DNA from: an uncultured virus (IMG/VR IMGVR_UViG_2568526301_000001)
Lineage: Duplodnaviria; Heunggongvirae; Uroviricota; Caudoviricetes
Length of the DNA stretch: 20,000 nucleotides
Virus record (IMG/VR): IMGVR_UViG_2568526301_000001
Direction: 5' to 3' (one strand)
Position 1 is the first letter of the stretch. The number at the start of each line of letters is the position of its first letter. Positions 7,255-16,892 of the stretch are shown here, piece after piece. The notes below the pieces were generated by a model. That model was not told the DNA's origin, did no database searches, and worked only from the letters and a program-made list of their open reading frames with translations. A program made the translations under genes and the position numbers.

Positions 7255-9005
7255 CAGAACTCCATAACCGTGAAACGCTCGTTTTCTCCTTCGCCGCCAA
7301 TCGGTTCGTTAATGACAGCAAGCATGGTTGCCCACGCAAGGTCGCCGTGGCTGATCCCCCTCGCGCGGTCCGTTTCGTATGTGATAAAGCCGCCCGGTGT
7401 TTTCACCTTACGCACGGCGTTAAAGGCCGCGACCAGCTCACGTTCGGCGCGATCGTATTCCCACCGCCCGGCACGCATTATTTGCAACATTTTCAGTACC
7501 AGCGACCGTTTTGATGACAGCGTGAAGGTGTACGGAATAGCAGCAGGGAAAAACCGTTTCACTATCTGATAAACAGCCTCCCCGTTCCCGCCTGTCACAT
7601 CAATGCCGATGTGTTCCACGTTGTAGCGACACGTGAACTCTTCAATGACTCTGGCCTGTTCTTCAAACTCCAGCCCCTGAACGCGTCGCGTCTCCACCGT
7701 TCGAAAACGGCCTCCAGGAACAGCCGGAGGAACCACCACGGACACAGCGCCGCTGTCGCCGTTTCCACTGCTGCCGTTTGCGTCATACCCAATCCATACC
7801 GGACGATTCCCCATCGGGCGGGGAGCAAAAGGTTTCCAGTCTTTCCAGTCGTCGTATCCGTCAACACCGCAGCCAATCAGGATATTCAGGTTAAATGCCG
7901 ATTCCCCTTCGCGGACAAACTCACACATATAGAGATTGCGGAACTCGTCTTCGGTGTTTTCATCACGAATTTCGTCAATATCGGTGTGTTTCCAGCCGTG
8001 ATTAACCACATCTTCCAGCGTGACAATTTGCCGCCACGTCCGGTCAGGGCAGATAAGCCCGTTATGCAGCGTTTTCCAGTCCACAGAAAAACGCTGGCGT
8101 TTATGCGTGGCCTTTTTCTCGTTCCAGCGGTCGCCGTTCCAGTAGGCGTATGCCTCGTGCGTTTCGGTGGATGGCGTGGAGAAGTAGGTGCGCCGCAGTC
8201 CGCTGAGGGTTGCCATAGCGCCAGCCACCTTGCGCAGTTCAGCAAAGCGACTGACCCAGAAAAATTCATCAAAATAAAAATTGCCCGTGTAGGACTGTGC
8301 CGTCGCAGCAGAAGTACCAAGAAAATGCAGCTCTGCGCCGTTGGAGAGGATGATTTTATCGCCCCCTTTCAGCTCCACATCAACTTCAGATGCAGCCTTC
8401 TGAATAATGCTTTTAAACTGGAACGCCTGACGACGCGACGCAGACAAAAAAATCTGGTTACGCTGGTAAGGTTGCGCCACATCGTCACGCAGCGCCATCA
8501 GCAGTGCTTCCTGTGCAAAATACCAGGTCGCTCCAATCTGTCGGGATTTCAGGATCATCCTGTTACGTATCCCGGCTTCCCTGCAAAGGGTCAGGGAGTC
8601 AAACCAGCCCCGCTGATGCCACTCCAGCCTGCTGATGATTTTTTCCCGCAGTGCGGCAATCTGTTCCTGCGTGAAATGATTTTTGAGTTTTTTCGCCCGG
8701 CTTTTCTTTCCTGTGGCCGTCGCATCCGGCTGGCCATCATGCAGTTTTTTAAGCTGCCGGGTCAGCAGGTCTATTTCCTTAAAGTCACCGCCTGTTTTAT
8801 TCTTTTTTTCAGTAAGCTGGATGAGGCGCGCATCGATGGACTGCGTGACACGCTGCACGGGTGGTGTTTCATCCCACTGGTCGCGTTTTTTCCACGCATA
8901 AATCGTGTTCGGGTTTATTCCCATCAGACGTGATATTTCTGCGGGCGGATAACCCTGCCAGTAAAGTTGCCGCGCACGCTGGCGCACAAAAGCGTCCTGA
9001 ATCAT
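7254..9005 (-). CDS. P: Terminase ATPase subunit (P2 gpP)
   Basis: 583 aa; N-terminal HTH (ARQLYWQG...WKKRDQWD), LKSRQIGATWYFA (Walker A), YFDEFFW (Walker B), C-terminal HGDLAWA. Confidence 0.95.
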   Translation of the reverse strand: MIQDAFVRQRARQLYWQGYPPAEISRLMGINPNTIYAWKKRDQWDETPPVQRVTQSIDARLIQLTEKKNKTGGDFKEIDLLTRQLKKLHDGQPDATATGKKSRAKKLKNHFTQEQIAALREKIISRLEWHQRGWFDSLTLCREAGIRNRMILKSRQIGATWYFAQEALLMALRDDVAQPYQRNQIFLSASRRQAFQFKSIIQKAASEVDVELKGGDKIILSNGAELHFLGTSAATAQSYTGNFYFDEFFWVSRFAELRKVAGAMATLSGLRRTYFSTPSTETHEAYAYWNGDRWNEKKATHKRQRFSVDWKTLHNGLICPDRTWRQIVTLEDVVNHGWKHTDIDEIRDENTEDEFRNLYMCEFVREGESAFNLNILIGCGVDGYDDWKDWKPFAPRPMGNRPVWIGYDANGSSGNGDSGAVSVVVPPAVPGGRFRTVETRRVQGLEFEEQARVIEEFTCRYNVEHIGIDVTGGNGEAVYQIVKRFFPAAIPYTFTLSSKRSLVLKMLQIMRAGRWEYDRAERELVAAFNAVRKVKTPGGFITYETDRARGISHGDLAWATMLAVINEPIGGEGENERFTVMEF

Positions 9006-9159
9006 TGCTCCCCCTGAGTAATTACAGGAAGATTACCCGCGCGCGAAACCGTTCTCCTTAACCCCCTGTTCTGGCCGTTTTCTTACAACAAAAGCCCTTT
9101 GTATCAGCCTGTTACGCTTTGCCATCATGACTGAAGAACCAGTCAGAGGGGCGAAAACT
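9006..9159. promoter_or_regulatory. Divergent late promoter region (pP/pO equivalent)
   Basis: Intergenic region between divergent P and O, as in P2. Exact elements were not identified. Confidence 0.5.
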
Positions 9160-9996
9160 ATGACTAATGAAAAAAAGACATCCCGCAAAAAGTTTCGCGT
9201 GGCTGTCTCCGGTGTGACGGCAGACGGGCGCGAAATCAACGGCGACATGCTGAAAGCTGCCGCCACCAGTTATAACCCGTCCGTTTATGGTGCACGTGTA
9301 AATATTGAGCACATCCTGTCACCACTCCCCGGTAGCGAGTTTTCCGCTATGGGCGATGTTGTGGGGTTGAGCACCGAAGACATAACCGATGGCCCGCTGG
9401 CAGGCCGCACGGCACTGTATGCCGAAATTGAGCCGACCGCTCGCATGATGTCCCTGCTTAACGATGGTAAAAAAATTTACTCCAGTATTGAGCTGGAACC
9501 ACAGTCAACCATCACGGGAGGCCCTTACCTGCGCGGGCTGGCAATGACCGACACCCCCGCCAGCCTGGGCACGGAACGTCTGGCCTTTGCGGCACAACAA
9601 CGTATGCAACTGATGACATTCAACTGTCAGCAGGGAGACGTGGCGATGTTCACCGCCGCTATGGAGTCAGAACTTATCGAACTCACCGAACAACGTCAGG
9701 AAGAAGGCACCCAGTGGTTTAACCGCGTTATGGGGATTATTGGCCGTGGCCGCAAAGCGGATGACGCCAGTTTCTCCCGTATTCAGGAAGCGGTGGAAGG
9801 TGTCGCAACGTCACAGGCCGACATTATCGACCGTTTTAATGCACTGGAAACCCGCCATCAGCAGGACAGCCAGAAAATCACTTCGCTGACCACAGAGCTG
9901 ACAACACTGAAGGAAAAGCTGCGCACGCAGGACGGCGATCCGCAGAACCGGTTCACCGCAACGGGCGCAGCCTCCGACCAGCTGGCTGACTTCTGA
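9160..9996 (+). CDS. O: Capsid scaffolding protein/protease (P2 gpO)
   Basis: KFRVAVSGVTADGREI, YGARVNIEH, KKIYSSIE and YLRGLAMTDTPASLGTE motifs; RBS GAGGGG before ATG 9160. Confidence 0.93.
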   Translation: MTNEKKTSRKKFRVAVSGVTADGREINGDMLKAAATSYNPSVYGARVNIEHILSPLPGSEFSAMGDVVGLSTEDITDGPLAGRTALYAEIEPTARMMSLLNDGKKIYSSIELEPQSTITGGPYLRGLAMTDTPASLGTERLAFAAQQRMQLMTFNCQQGDVAMFTAAMESELIELTEQRQEEGTQWFNRVMGIIGRGRKADDASFSRIQEAVEGVATSQADIIDRFNALETRHQQDSQKITSLTTELTTLKEKLRTQDGDPQNRFTATGAASDQLADF

Positions 9997-10019
9997 TAAG
10001 ACAAAGGAGCAAATTTTTT

Positions 10020-11072
10020 ATGAATCTGGTGATGTCAGATAATGCCCGTAACAAGCTGGGCTGCTACATGACGCGACAGGCGTCGATTAACAATATCCCG
10101 GTTTCTGGACTGGTATCGCGATTTACCGTGGAACCCTCGGTGCAGCAGCGTTTTGAAAACGCCTCAAAGGATAGCACCGAACTTACAAAAAAAATTAACG
10201 TGATCGGTGTGACCGACCAGAAAGGCGAAAAAGTCCTCCTGGACACCACCGGGCCGATTGCGCGCACAAATACCAGTTATGACGGCACAGATCGCCGCAA
10301 CCCGATTAACGCTGTCGACCTGAAGTCCCGTCAGTACCAGTGTGAGCAGGTGAACTACGACACGTTTATTTCGTATCCGCAGCTTGATGCCTGGGCGGCG
10401 CACAATGACTTCCAGACCCGCATCAGCGCACAGATTGCCCGACAGGTGGCGCTTGACCGCATCATGATCGGCTTTAACGGCACGTCACACGCGGAAAAAT
10501 CCAACTTCAGCACCAACAAGCTGCTTCAGGACGTTAACGTGGGGTGGCTGGAGCACATCAGAACCAATGCCAGCGCGCGCGTAATGAATGACGTGACGCT
10601 GACCTCCCGCAACATGGACAACACCGTGGCGCACGCGGGTAAGTATGCGAATGCTGATGCACTGGTTCAGGACGCACGCTCATCCCTGCTGGATGAATGG
10701 CACAAGGAAGCTGACGACCTCGTGGTGATTATGGGGCGCAACCTGTTTAACTCGCTGCGTCTGCCCGTGCTGAACAGCATCAGCGGCCAGAATCCCAATG
10801 CGGAATTACTCGCCGGGCAGCTCATCCTGTCATCGCGCACCATTGGCGGGCTGGGTGTGTTCCTTGCGCCGTTCTTCCCGGATGCAACGATGCTGATCAC
10901 CTCGTTCAACAACCTGTCGATTTACTGGCAGAAAGGTTCAATGCGTCGTCTGATGAAAGACGAACCGGAATACAACCGCATCGCCACCTACCAGTCCATC
11001 AATGACGCTTATGTCGTTGAAGACTATGGCAAGTGCGCGATGGTCACTGGCCTGAAGTTCGCCGACAGCTAA
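10020..11072 (+). CDS. N: Major capsid protein (P2 gpN)
   Basis: 350 aa; FTVEPSVQQ, ALDRIMIGFNG, LLQDVNVGWL, NLSIYWQ and YVVEDY; RBS AAGGAG. Confidence 0.95.
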   Translation: MNLVMSDNARNKLGCYMTRQASINNIPVSGLVSRFTVEPSVQQRFENASKDSTELTKKINVIGVTDQKGEKVLLDTTGPIARTNTSYDGTDRRNPINAVDLKSRQYQCEQVNYDTFISYPQLDAWAAHNDFQTRISAQIARQVALDRIMIGFNGTSHAEKSNFSTNKLLQDVNVGWLEHIRTNASARVMNDVTLTSRNMDNTVAHAGKYANADALVQDARSSLLDEWHKEADDLVVIMGRNLFNSLRLPVLNSISGQNPNAELLAGQLILSSRTIGGLGVFLAPFFPDATMLITSFNNLSIYWQKGSMRRLMKDEPEYNRIATYQSINDAYVVEDYGKCAMVTGLKFADS

Positions 11073-11081
11073 TCAACTCAC

Positions 11082-11100
11082 GGCGGGCATCATGCCCGCC
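11082..11100. other. GC-rich palindrome/hairpin between N and M
   Basis: GGCGGGCAT-C-ATGCCCGCC. Confidence 0.5.
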
Positions 11101-11117
11101 AGTAACGGAGAGAACAA

Positions 11118-11918
11118 ATGATTACTCCTGCACAGCAACACTGGCAGAACGTGATGGCACAGCGCGCAGGCCGGGCGAATGAAGGCGTGGACCACGCCGC
11201 GCGTACCGCGCATGAAGAGGTGCTGTATCGTCTGCGTCTGGCACAGGCCCGGCTTAAGGGCGTACAGGCCAGAAGCGCGAAAGCCGCCATCAAAAAAGAG
11301 TTGTTGCCGGATTTTTCCGGCTGGATTGAGGGAACGCTGGAGGCTGACGGCGGGCAGCAGGATGAAGTGATTGCCACGCTGATGGTGTGGGCGATTGACT
11401 GCGGCGATCTTCCGCTGGCGTTGCGTATTGGTGCGTATGTGGTCCGTCATAACCTCATTATGCCGGATAACTTTGGCCGTACTGCTGCCACAGTGCTGAC
11501 CGAAGAAATCTGCAACCCGGTACTGACGCAGGCCGGGGCGGATGCCGACGCGGATTTGTCCGCCTTTATCGAACCACTGGACACCCTCCGGAAGATTGTC
11601 ACCGACCAGGACATGCCGGATGAAGTACGCGCCAAATTATGCAAGGCGTGCGCCTTTGCCCGTCGTGGTCTGACCGATGCAGACAACATGGCCTTATCAC
11701 TGAAGCTGCTGCGCGAAGCGATGCACCTGAACCCGAACGCAGGTGTGAAACGCGAGATTGCAACCCTTTCCCGCGCCCTGAAAAAAGCCGATTCCGCAGC
11801 CGAACCAGAAGACGCCAGCGCACAGCAGGCGCAGGACGAAAGCAGCAAAAGTAAAAAGACAACGCGGAAGCCTGCAACACGAAAAACCACCGCGACGCAG
11901 AAGGCGAAGCGCGGTTAA
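11118..11918 (+). CDS. M: Terminase endonuclease/small subunit (P2 gpM)
   Basis: MITPAQQHW, KKELLP, DMPDEVRAKL and GVKREI; basic C-terminal tail; synteny. Confidence 0.92.
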   Translation: MITPAQQHWQNVMAQRAGRANEGVDHAARTAHEEVLYRLRLAQARLKGVQARSAKAAIKKELLPDFSGWIEGTLEADGGQQDEVIATLMVWAIDCGDLPLALRIGAYVVRHNLIMPDNFGRTAATVLTEEICNPVLTQAGADADADLSAFIEPLDTLRKIVTDQDMPDEVRAKLCKACAFARRGLTDADNMALSLKLLREAMHLNPNAGVKREIATLSRALKKADSAAEPEDASAQQAQDESSKSKKTTRKPATRKTTATQKAKRG

Positions 11919-11934
11919 CGACTGACCCCGTCAG

Positions 11935-12006
11935 CGGGCGGCGTGCGCGGTGTTCCGGTTTGACTCCGTGACCGTTTACACCGCGCACCCACCGCCCGAT
12001 TTTTTT
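11935..12006 (+). terminator. Long stem-loop plus T-tract between M and L (terminator/attenuator-like)
   Basis: CGGGCGG(11935-11941)/CCGCCCG(11992-11998) and GTGCGCGGTGT(11943-11953)/ACACCGCGCAC(11978-11988), followed by A and T7. Confidence 0.6.
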
Positions 12007-12020
12007 CAGGAGTGAACCCC

Positions 12021-12515
12021 ATGAGTATGGTTGCCAGAACTGAACCCAGACCCGCAGAGGACGACATCACCGATACCGATGATGGCGATACCCGCATTTC
12101 AGCGGGTGCATTCTGGCCGGATATTGTACTGCGCGAGCTGCGTCTGGCGGTACGACTGCCGGGCCGCGTGACCACCTCCCGCCTGCTGCATACTGCCACC
12201 GGGGCTGTGGCACACGTTACCCGCGAGCTGGAAGCATGGCAGCAGGAACAGCAGGCAGCTGGCCATCAGACGCTGGCCGATGTTCCGGCACCCGTAATTA
12301 ACGGAGAAAGCGTCAATCTCTGGCACTGGCGCAATGCTGTTTATACCGCCACGCGCGCCCTGATTCTGGAGCGTTATCGTGATGCAGACACAACGGACAA
12401 GGGCGACCGCCGGGCGGACGCTCTGGATATACAGACATCGGATTTGTGGCGTGATGTGAGCTGGGCCATCTCTGACATTCTGTGCCGCCCGCGAATCTTT
12501 GCGGAGTTGTGCTGA
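12021..12515 (+). CDS. L: Head completion/stabilisation protein (P2 gpL)
   Basis: FWPDI, ERYRDADTT and WAISDI motifs; RBS AGGAG before ATG 12021. Confidence 0.9.
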   Translation: MSMVARTEPRPAEDDITDTDDGDTRISAGAFWPDIVLRELRLAVRLPGRVTTSRLLHTATGAVAHVTRELEAWQQEQQAAGHQTLADVPAPVINGESVNLWHWRNAVYTATRALILERYRDADTTDKGDRRADALDIQTSDLWRDVSWAISDILCRPRIFAELC

Positions 12516-12715
12516 TGAAAGTGAAGGCACTGGAAGGCGACACCGTGGATTCGCTCTGTTTCCGGTACTACGGCACGACGCAGGGCGTCACCGAAAAGGT
12601 GCTGGATGCCAACCCCGGACTCTGTCAGCAGGTATTTCTGGACGCCGGGCAGGAAGTTGAGATGCCGGAGCCGGAGAAGAAGAAACGAGAAATGATTCAG
12701 TTGTGGGGGGAGTAG
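12515..12715 (+). CDS. X: Tail protein X (LysM-like)
   Basis: MKVKALEGDTVDSLCFRYYG...VLDANPGL...IQLW; TGATG coupling with L. Confidence 0.9.
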   Translation: MKVKALEGDTVDSLCFRYYGTTQGVTEKVLDANPGLCQQVFLDAGQEVEMPEPEKKKREMIQLWGE

Positions 12716-12717
12716 CA

Positions 12718-13041
12718 GTGAGCACCATTCAAACAGGGATCACAGAGCAGGTTATTGCGTGGCTCTTTGACCACCTGCCAACGGTGTATGCAGTAGGCGC
12801 GGCGGTCAGCATTTCCGCGCTGATGAGTCTTTATGACGGACGAACACTGGTTCAGACCGTAACGGGATCGCTGGCGTGCGGCGTTCTTGCCATGGCCGTG
12901 GCCGGGTCGTTGCGCTTCTTCGGGTTTCCTGAAGATGCCGTGACGTTTATCGGCGCATCAATCGGTTTTATGGGTGCAGAGAAAGCACGCGACAAGGTTA
13001 TTGCGGCCTTTAATCGCAGGGTGAAGGAGAAGGACGAATGA
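12718..13041 (+). CDS. Holin (lambda-S-like family)
   Basis: GTG start, about 107 aa; several hydrophobic helices, IGFMGAEK motif, charged C-terminus; directly before the endolysin. Confidence 0.8.
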   Translation: MSTIQTGITEQVIAWLFDHLPTVYAVGAAVSISALMSLYDGRTLVQTVTGSLACGVLAMAVAGSLRFFGFPEDAVTFIGASIGFMGAEKARDKVIAAFNRRVKEKDE

Positions 13042-13430
13042 GCAACACATTTAAATTCAGCAGCCGGAGCGAAAAGAATTTGCAGGGCGTAAATCCTGAT
13101 CTGGTGAAAGTGACCCGACGGGCACTGGAAATCTCGGAAGTGGATTTTGGTATCACCGAAGGGTTGCGCAGCCGTTACCGCCAGAAGCAACTGGTGGCCA
13201 CGGGTAAGAGCCAGACCATGAACAGCCGCCACCTTACGGGGCATGCCGTGGATGTTGTGGCTTATATCGGCAGCCAGGTGTCATGGGAATGGCCGCTGTA
13301 CGAAAAAATCGCAGCAGCATTCAGACTGGCCAGCCGGGAACTGAATATTCCGGTGGAATGGGGCGGCGACTGGAAGACTCTGAAAGACGGACCGCATTTT
13401 CAGTTACCACACGGAGCCTATCCGGCATGA
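13038..13430 (+). CDS. Endolysin, M15-family Zn peptidase (T5-like L-Ala-D-Glu type)
   Basis: ITEGLRS..RQ, SRHLTGHAVD, WGGDW and DGPHFQ motifs. Confidence 0.9.
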   Translation: MSNTFKFSSRSEKNLQGVNPDLVKVTRRALEISEVDFGITEGLRSRYRQKQLVATGKSQTMNSRHLTGHAVDVVAYIGSQVSWEWPLYEKIAAAFRLASRELNIPVEWGGDWKTLKDGPHFQLPHGAYPA

Positions 13431-13834
13431 AGCTCTGGCCCACGCTTGGCGTCGCTTTCCTTCTGATTGCCGGATGGGGAACATCCATGCGTCTGTCGTG
13501 GTCGCTGGGCCGGGAGAACGCCAGAAACGAAGCGCAGGCCAGCACCCTGAAAAGTACCGCCGACACCCTGAATATCATCAGCGCCGGGGTACAGGATATG
13601 CAGCAGGTGCTGGCGCAACTCCGCGTGGAAAATCAGCAACGCAATCAGGACGGAGAGGTAAGACGTGAACAGCTACGCAACGATATTGCAAAAGATGAAT
13701 GCGCCCACGCTTTGCCTGACGCTCGTTTTACTGACAGGCTGCGCAGGCACGCAGAACGCGCCACTGCCAGCGCCGTCAGTCCGGCTTATACCGCAGACGC
13801 TGACCATACCGGTAACGCCTCCCCCCTTCCCTGA
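13427..13834 (+). CDS. Inner-membrane spanin (Rz/LysB-like)
   Basis: ATGA overlap with the endolysin; N-terminal TM (LWPTLGVAFLLIAGWG), coiled-coil body, ECA..LPD motif. Confidence 0.8.
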   Translation: MKLWPTLGVAFLLIAGWGTSMRLSWSLGRENARNEAQASTLKSTADTLNIISAGVQDMQQVLAQLRVENQQRNQDGEVRREQLRNDIAKDECAHALPDARFTDRLRRHAERATASAVSPAYTADADHTGNASPLP

Positions 13835-13985
13835 TACTCCCACATGGGGAAATCTCGGTATATGGGGCGACCGCCTTCTGGATGCACTGGAAACCTGTAA
13901 CGCGGATAAACGGGCCATTGAATTACTGGAACAGCGCAGGCTGCAACGACTGAACAACGAGGATAACAACCATGCTGAAAACTGA
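13695..13985 (+). CDS. Outer-membrane spanin lipoprotein (Rz1/LysC-like), overlapping the i-spanin
   Basis: MNAPTLCLTLVLLTGC lipobox, proline-rich segment, ALETCNADK motif; shifted frame relative to Rz. Confidence 0.8.
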   Translation: MNAPTLCLTLVLLTGCAGTQNAPLPAPSVRLIPQTLTIPVTPPPFPDTPTWGNLGIWGDRLLDALETCNADKRAIELLEQRRLQRLNNEDNNHAEN

Positions 13986-14439
13986 TTCCCTGCGTGAAGC
14001 CATGACCCGTTCATGCCGATGGTGTCAGGCCAACCCGGAAAAATTCACCATTTTCGTGGAGAGCGGCAACATTGAAACGACCGGAGAAACCCCATCGTTT
14101 GTTTACCGCTATCAGATGGTGATGTTTGTCATGGATTACGCCGGGGAGCTGGACGACCTCACGCTGCCGCTGCTGGCGTGGTTATCCGAAAATCAGCCAC
14201 AGTTGTTGCTCAACCCTGAGCGTAATCAGGACATCAAATTCTCCGCCGTTATCAATGACGATGACAGCGCCGATCTCCTGTTTACGCTCCCCCTGCGGGA
14301 ACGCGTTCGCATCACGCGCAGCAGTCAGGGGACACCGCAGGCAGAACACCTGCCGGAGCCAAAACCCCGCCTGCCATCTCCCGAAGGCGACTGGTCGCAT
14401 GTATTCCAGGATGTGACGTGGGGTGAAAGCGATGGATAA
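13972..14439 (+). CDS. R: Tail completion protein (P2 gpR)
   Basis: MLKTDSLR, SFVYRY, WLSENQP and LPLRERV; synteny. Confidence 0.88.
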   Translation: MLKTDSLREAMTRSCRWCQANPEKFTIFVESGNIETTGETPSFVYRYQMVMFVMDYAGELDDLTLPLLAWLSENQPQLLLNPERNQDIKFSAVINDDDSADLLFTLPLRERVRITRSSQGTPQAEHLPEPKPRLPSPEGDWSHVFQDVTWGESDG

Positions 14440-15067
14440 GGCATTCACCCGCGTGGATGAAACCTTTGAGGCCATCCGCGACAGCCTGAATCAGCAGGCC
14501 ATCAATAACATCGCCAGAAAGCTGGCACAGGATTTACGCCGCGCCCAGCAGGCGCGTATCCGGTCACAGAAAGCGCCGGACGGGACCGCGTGGACACCAC
14601 GCAGACGCCGCGTAACCCGGATACAGGAGCGCATTCGCTTTATCTGGAATAACGAAGCACGCACGCTGAAAAACTGGCATCACGACACGGGGAAATACGG
14701 GCGAACCATTACCGGGTGGGATGAGGATAAAAACAATATCCGCACGTTTTACCGGGATGACATCGACCGTTTTCTGGAAATACGCACCCGGCGCATCAAC
14801 CAGGACAGCACAAAGCGCGTCCCCATGTTCGTAAAACTGCGCACCGCCCGCTACCTGAAAGCCCGTGCAGATGCTTCCGGTGTGACGGTGGGTTACAGCG
14901 GCGTGGCCGCACGTATTGCCCGCGTTCATCAGTTCGGTGAGCGCGATCAGGTTGCGCCGGGCATTTTCACCGATTACCCGGTACGTGAGCTGCTGGGTAT
15001 CAGCCAGGCAGATGAGCGCCTGATTTATAACACGGTGCTGGGCCGGATTGCGGAGGCTGTACGGTGA
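14432..15067 (+). CDS. S: Virion morphogenesis/tail completion protein (P2 gpS), elongated variant
   Basis: RIRSQKAPDGTAWTPR, MFVKLRTARYLK, RIARVHQFG and YPVRELLG; alternative GTG start at 14423. Confidence 0.88.
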   Translation: MDKAFTRVDETFEAIRDSLNQQAINNIARKLAQDLRRAQQARIRSQKAPDGTAWTPRRRRVTRIQERIRFIWNNEARTLKNWHHDTGKYGRTITGWDEDKNNIRTFYRDDIDRFLEIRTRRINQDSTKRVPMFVKLRTARYLKARADASGVTVGYSGVAARIARVHQFGERDQVAPGIFTDYPVRELLGISQADERLIYNTVLGRIAEAVR

Positions 15068-15645
15068 GCGCAGAACTCATGCGACTGCTGAGTAATATCA
15101 TCCGCACCGGGATCATCTCTGAAGTTGATGAGAAGTCCTGGCGCGTGCGCGTTCGCAGCGGCGAACTGGAAACAGGCTGGTTGCGCTGGAACACCACGCG
15201 CGCGGGAGCCTTCAATGTGTGGCTGCCGCCATCACCAGGCGAACAGGTGGTAATTGCCTGCATTGGCGGCAACCCGGAAACCGCCATGATAATTGGCAGC
15301 CTGTGGAGTGATGCCAGTCCGGCCCCCGGCAAAAGCCTGAAAGAAATCGTGGTCAGCGCGCCGGATGGCGCGGTGTTCCGCTACGACGCAGACGCAGGCG
15401 CACTGAGCGCCAGCGGCATGAAAACAGCCACCCTGCAGGCATCCGTCAGCGTGACACTGGATACGCCCGTCGTGGAATGCACAAACCTTCTGAGAACAGC
15501 GACGCTTGACGTCACAAAAGGGGGAAAGATGAGCGGCAATATCACGCACAGCGGCGGCAACTTCACCTCAAACGGCATCACAGTGCATACGCATAAGCAC
15601 GGTGGCGTTAAAGGTGGCAGCGATTCGACAGGAGGCCCGCAGTGA
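15064..15645 (+). CDS. V: Baseplate spike (P2 gpV)
   Basis: LSNIIRTG, WLPPSPGEQV and C-terminal HTHKHGGV metal-binding motif. Confidence 0.92.
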   Translation: MSAELMRLLSNIIRTGIISEVDEKSWRVRVRSGELETGWLRWNTTRAGAFNVWLPPSPGEQVVIACIGGNPETAMIIGSLWSDASPAPGKSLKEIVVSAPDGAVFRYDADAGALSASGMKTATLQASVSVTLDTPVVECTNLLRTATLDVTKGGKMSGNITHSGGNFTSNGITVHTHKHGGVKGGSDSTGGPQ

Positions 15646-15992
15646 CAACCCGCTACACAGGAATGAACCCGGACGGAACGGGAAACCTGAACGATATGGA
15701 GCACCTGAAACAGTCAGTCAGGGACATCCTGACCACCCCGCTGGCCAGCCGGGTTATGCGACGGGAATATGGCAGCCTTGTGCCTGATTTGATTGACGAA
15801 CCCATGAATAACACCACGCGTCTGCAATGCATGAGTGCTGCCGTGATTGCGCTGACACGATGGGAACCCCGCATTGCCCTGGATGCCATCGACGTTGTCT
15901 GGAAAGCGGGAGGCCGCGCCGGGGTGACGCTGTCGGGCACTGTCATGCAGACCATGCAGAATATTGAGTTAACCATCACGCTGAGGGAGTAA
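15642..15992 (+). CDS. W: Baseplate wedge protein (P2 gpW, gp25-like)
   Basis: HLKQSVRDILTTP, RVMRREYGS and WEPRI. Confidence 0.92.
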   Translation: MTTRYTGMNPDGTGNLNDMEHLKQSVRDILTTPLASRVMRREYGSLVPDLIDEPMNNTTRLQCMSAAVIALTRWEPRIALDAIDVVWKAGGRAGVTLSGTVMQTMQNIELTITLRE

Positions 15993-15995
15993 ATC

Positions 15996-16892
15996 ATGCC
16001 CGCCGTTGACCTTTCCCAGTTACCGGAACCCGCCATCATCGCGGAGCCTGACTTTGAAGCAATTCTGGCTGACACAAAAGCCATGATGATTGCGTCCTAT
16101 CCCGCCGAACAGCGTGAAGCCGTTTCCGCCGCGCTGGAGCTGGAATCGGAACCCCTGAACGTTATCGCTCAAACCATGTCGTTTCGTGAAATGCTGTTAC
16201 GCCAGCGGGTCAATGAGGGTGCACGCGCCTGCATGTTAAGCCACAGCGCCGGGACAGACCTGGACAACCTCGCGGGCAATATGAACACAAAGCGCCTGGT
16301 TATCACTCCGGCAACGGATACCACCGACGCGGTGATGGAGAGCGACACCTCGCTGAGACTGCGGGCGCAGCGGGCGTACGACGGCCTGAGTGTTGCTGGC
16401 CCGTCAGGTGCATACGAGTATTTTGCCCGCAGCGCCAGCGGTCTGGTGCGCGATGCGCGGGCTATCAGTCCGTCTCCGGCCTGTGTGACGGTTTCCATCC
16501 TGTCCACTGAAGGCGACGGCACAGCAACGGAGGCGTTGCTTAATACCGTTCGCGCCGTTCTGAATGCAGAGGATACCCGCCCGGTGGCCGACCGCCTGAC
16601 CGTACAGAGCGCCAGAATCGTGACATGGCGGCTGAATGCAAAACTGTACTTTTACCCCGGCCCGGAATCCGAACCTATTCTGGCCGCGGCTGAATCGTCG
16701 TTCAGGAAGTGGCTGGCTGAACAGGGGCTTATCGGTCAGGACGTGGCGTTGTCCGCCATTGCTGCCGCACTGCATGTGCACGGTGTGCAACGCGTGGAGA
16801 TAATCGAACCCACACAGAATATGGCCATCAGCGACATACAGGCGGCGCGCTGTGAGTCATTCACCATCAGCGAAGGTGGACGCAATGAGTAA
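15996..16892 (+). CDS. J: Baseplate assembly protein (P2 gpJ)
   Basis: DLSQLPEP, LESEPL, LSVAGPSGAY and RPVADRLTVQSA. Confidence 0.93.
   Translation: MPAVDLSQLPEPAIIAEPDFEAILADTKAMMIASYPAEQREAVSAALELESEPLNVIAQTMSFREMLLRQRVNEGARACMLSHSAGTDLDNLAGNMNTKRLVITPATDTTDAVMESDTSLRLRAQRAYDGLSVAGPSGAYEYFARSASGLVRDARAISPSPACVTVSILSTEGDGTATEALLNTVRAVLNAEDTRPVADRLTVQSARIVTWRLNAKLYFYPGPESEPILAAAESSFRKWLAEQGLIGQDVALSAIAAALHVHGVQRVEIIEPTQNMAISDIQAARCESFTISEGGRNE

Noticed and set aside
7611..8933. 440-aa plus-strand ORF
   Set aside because: Fully antisense to the terminase gene with no recognisable motifs; a shadow ORF.
9067..9117. Ogr/Delta activator site TGT-N12-ACA
   Set aside because: Only TGT-N15-ACA and partial matches are present; no canonical site can be called.
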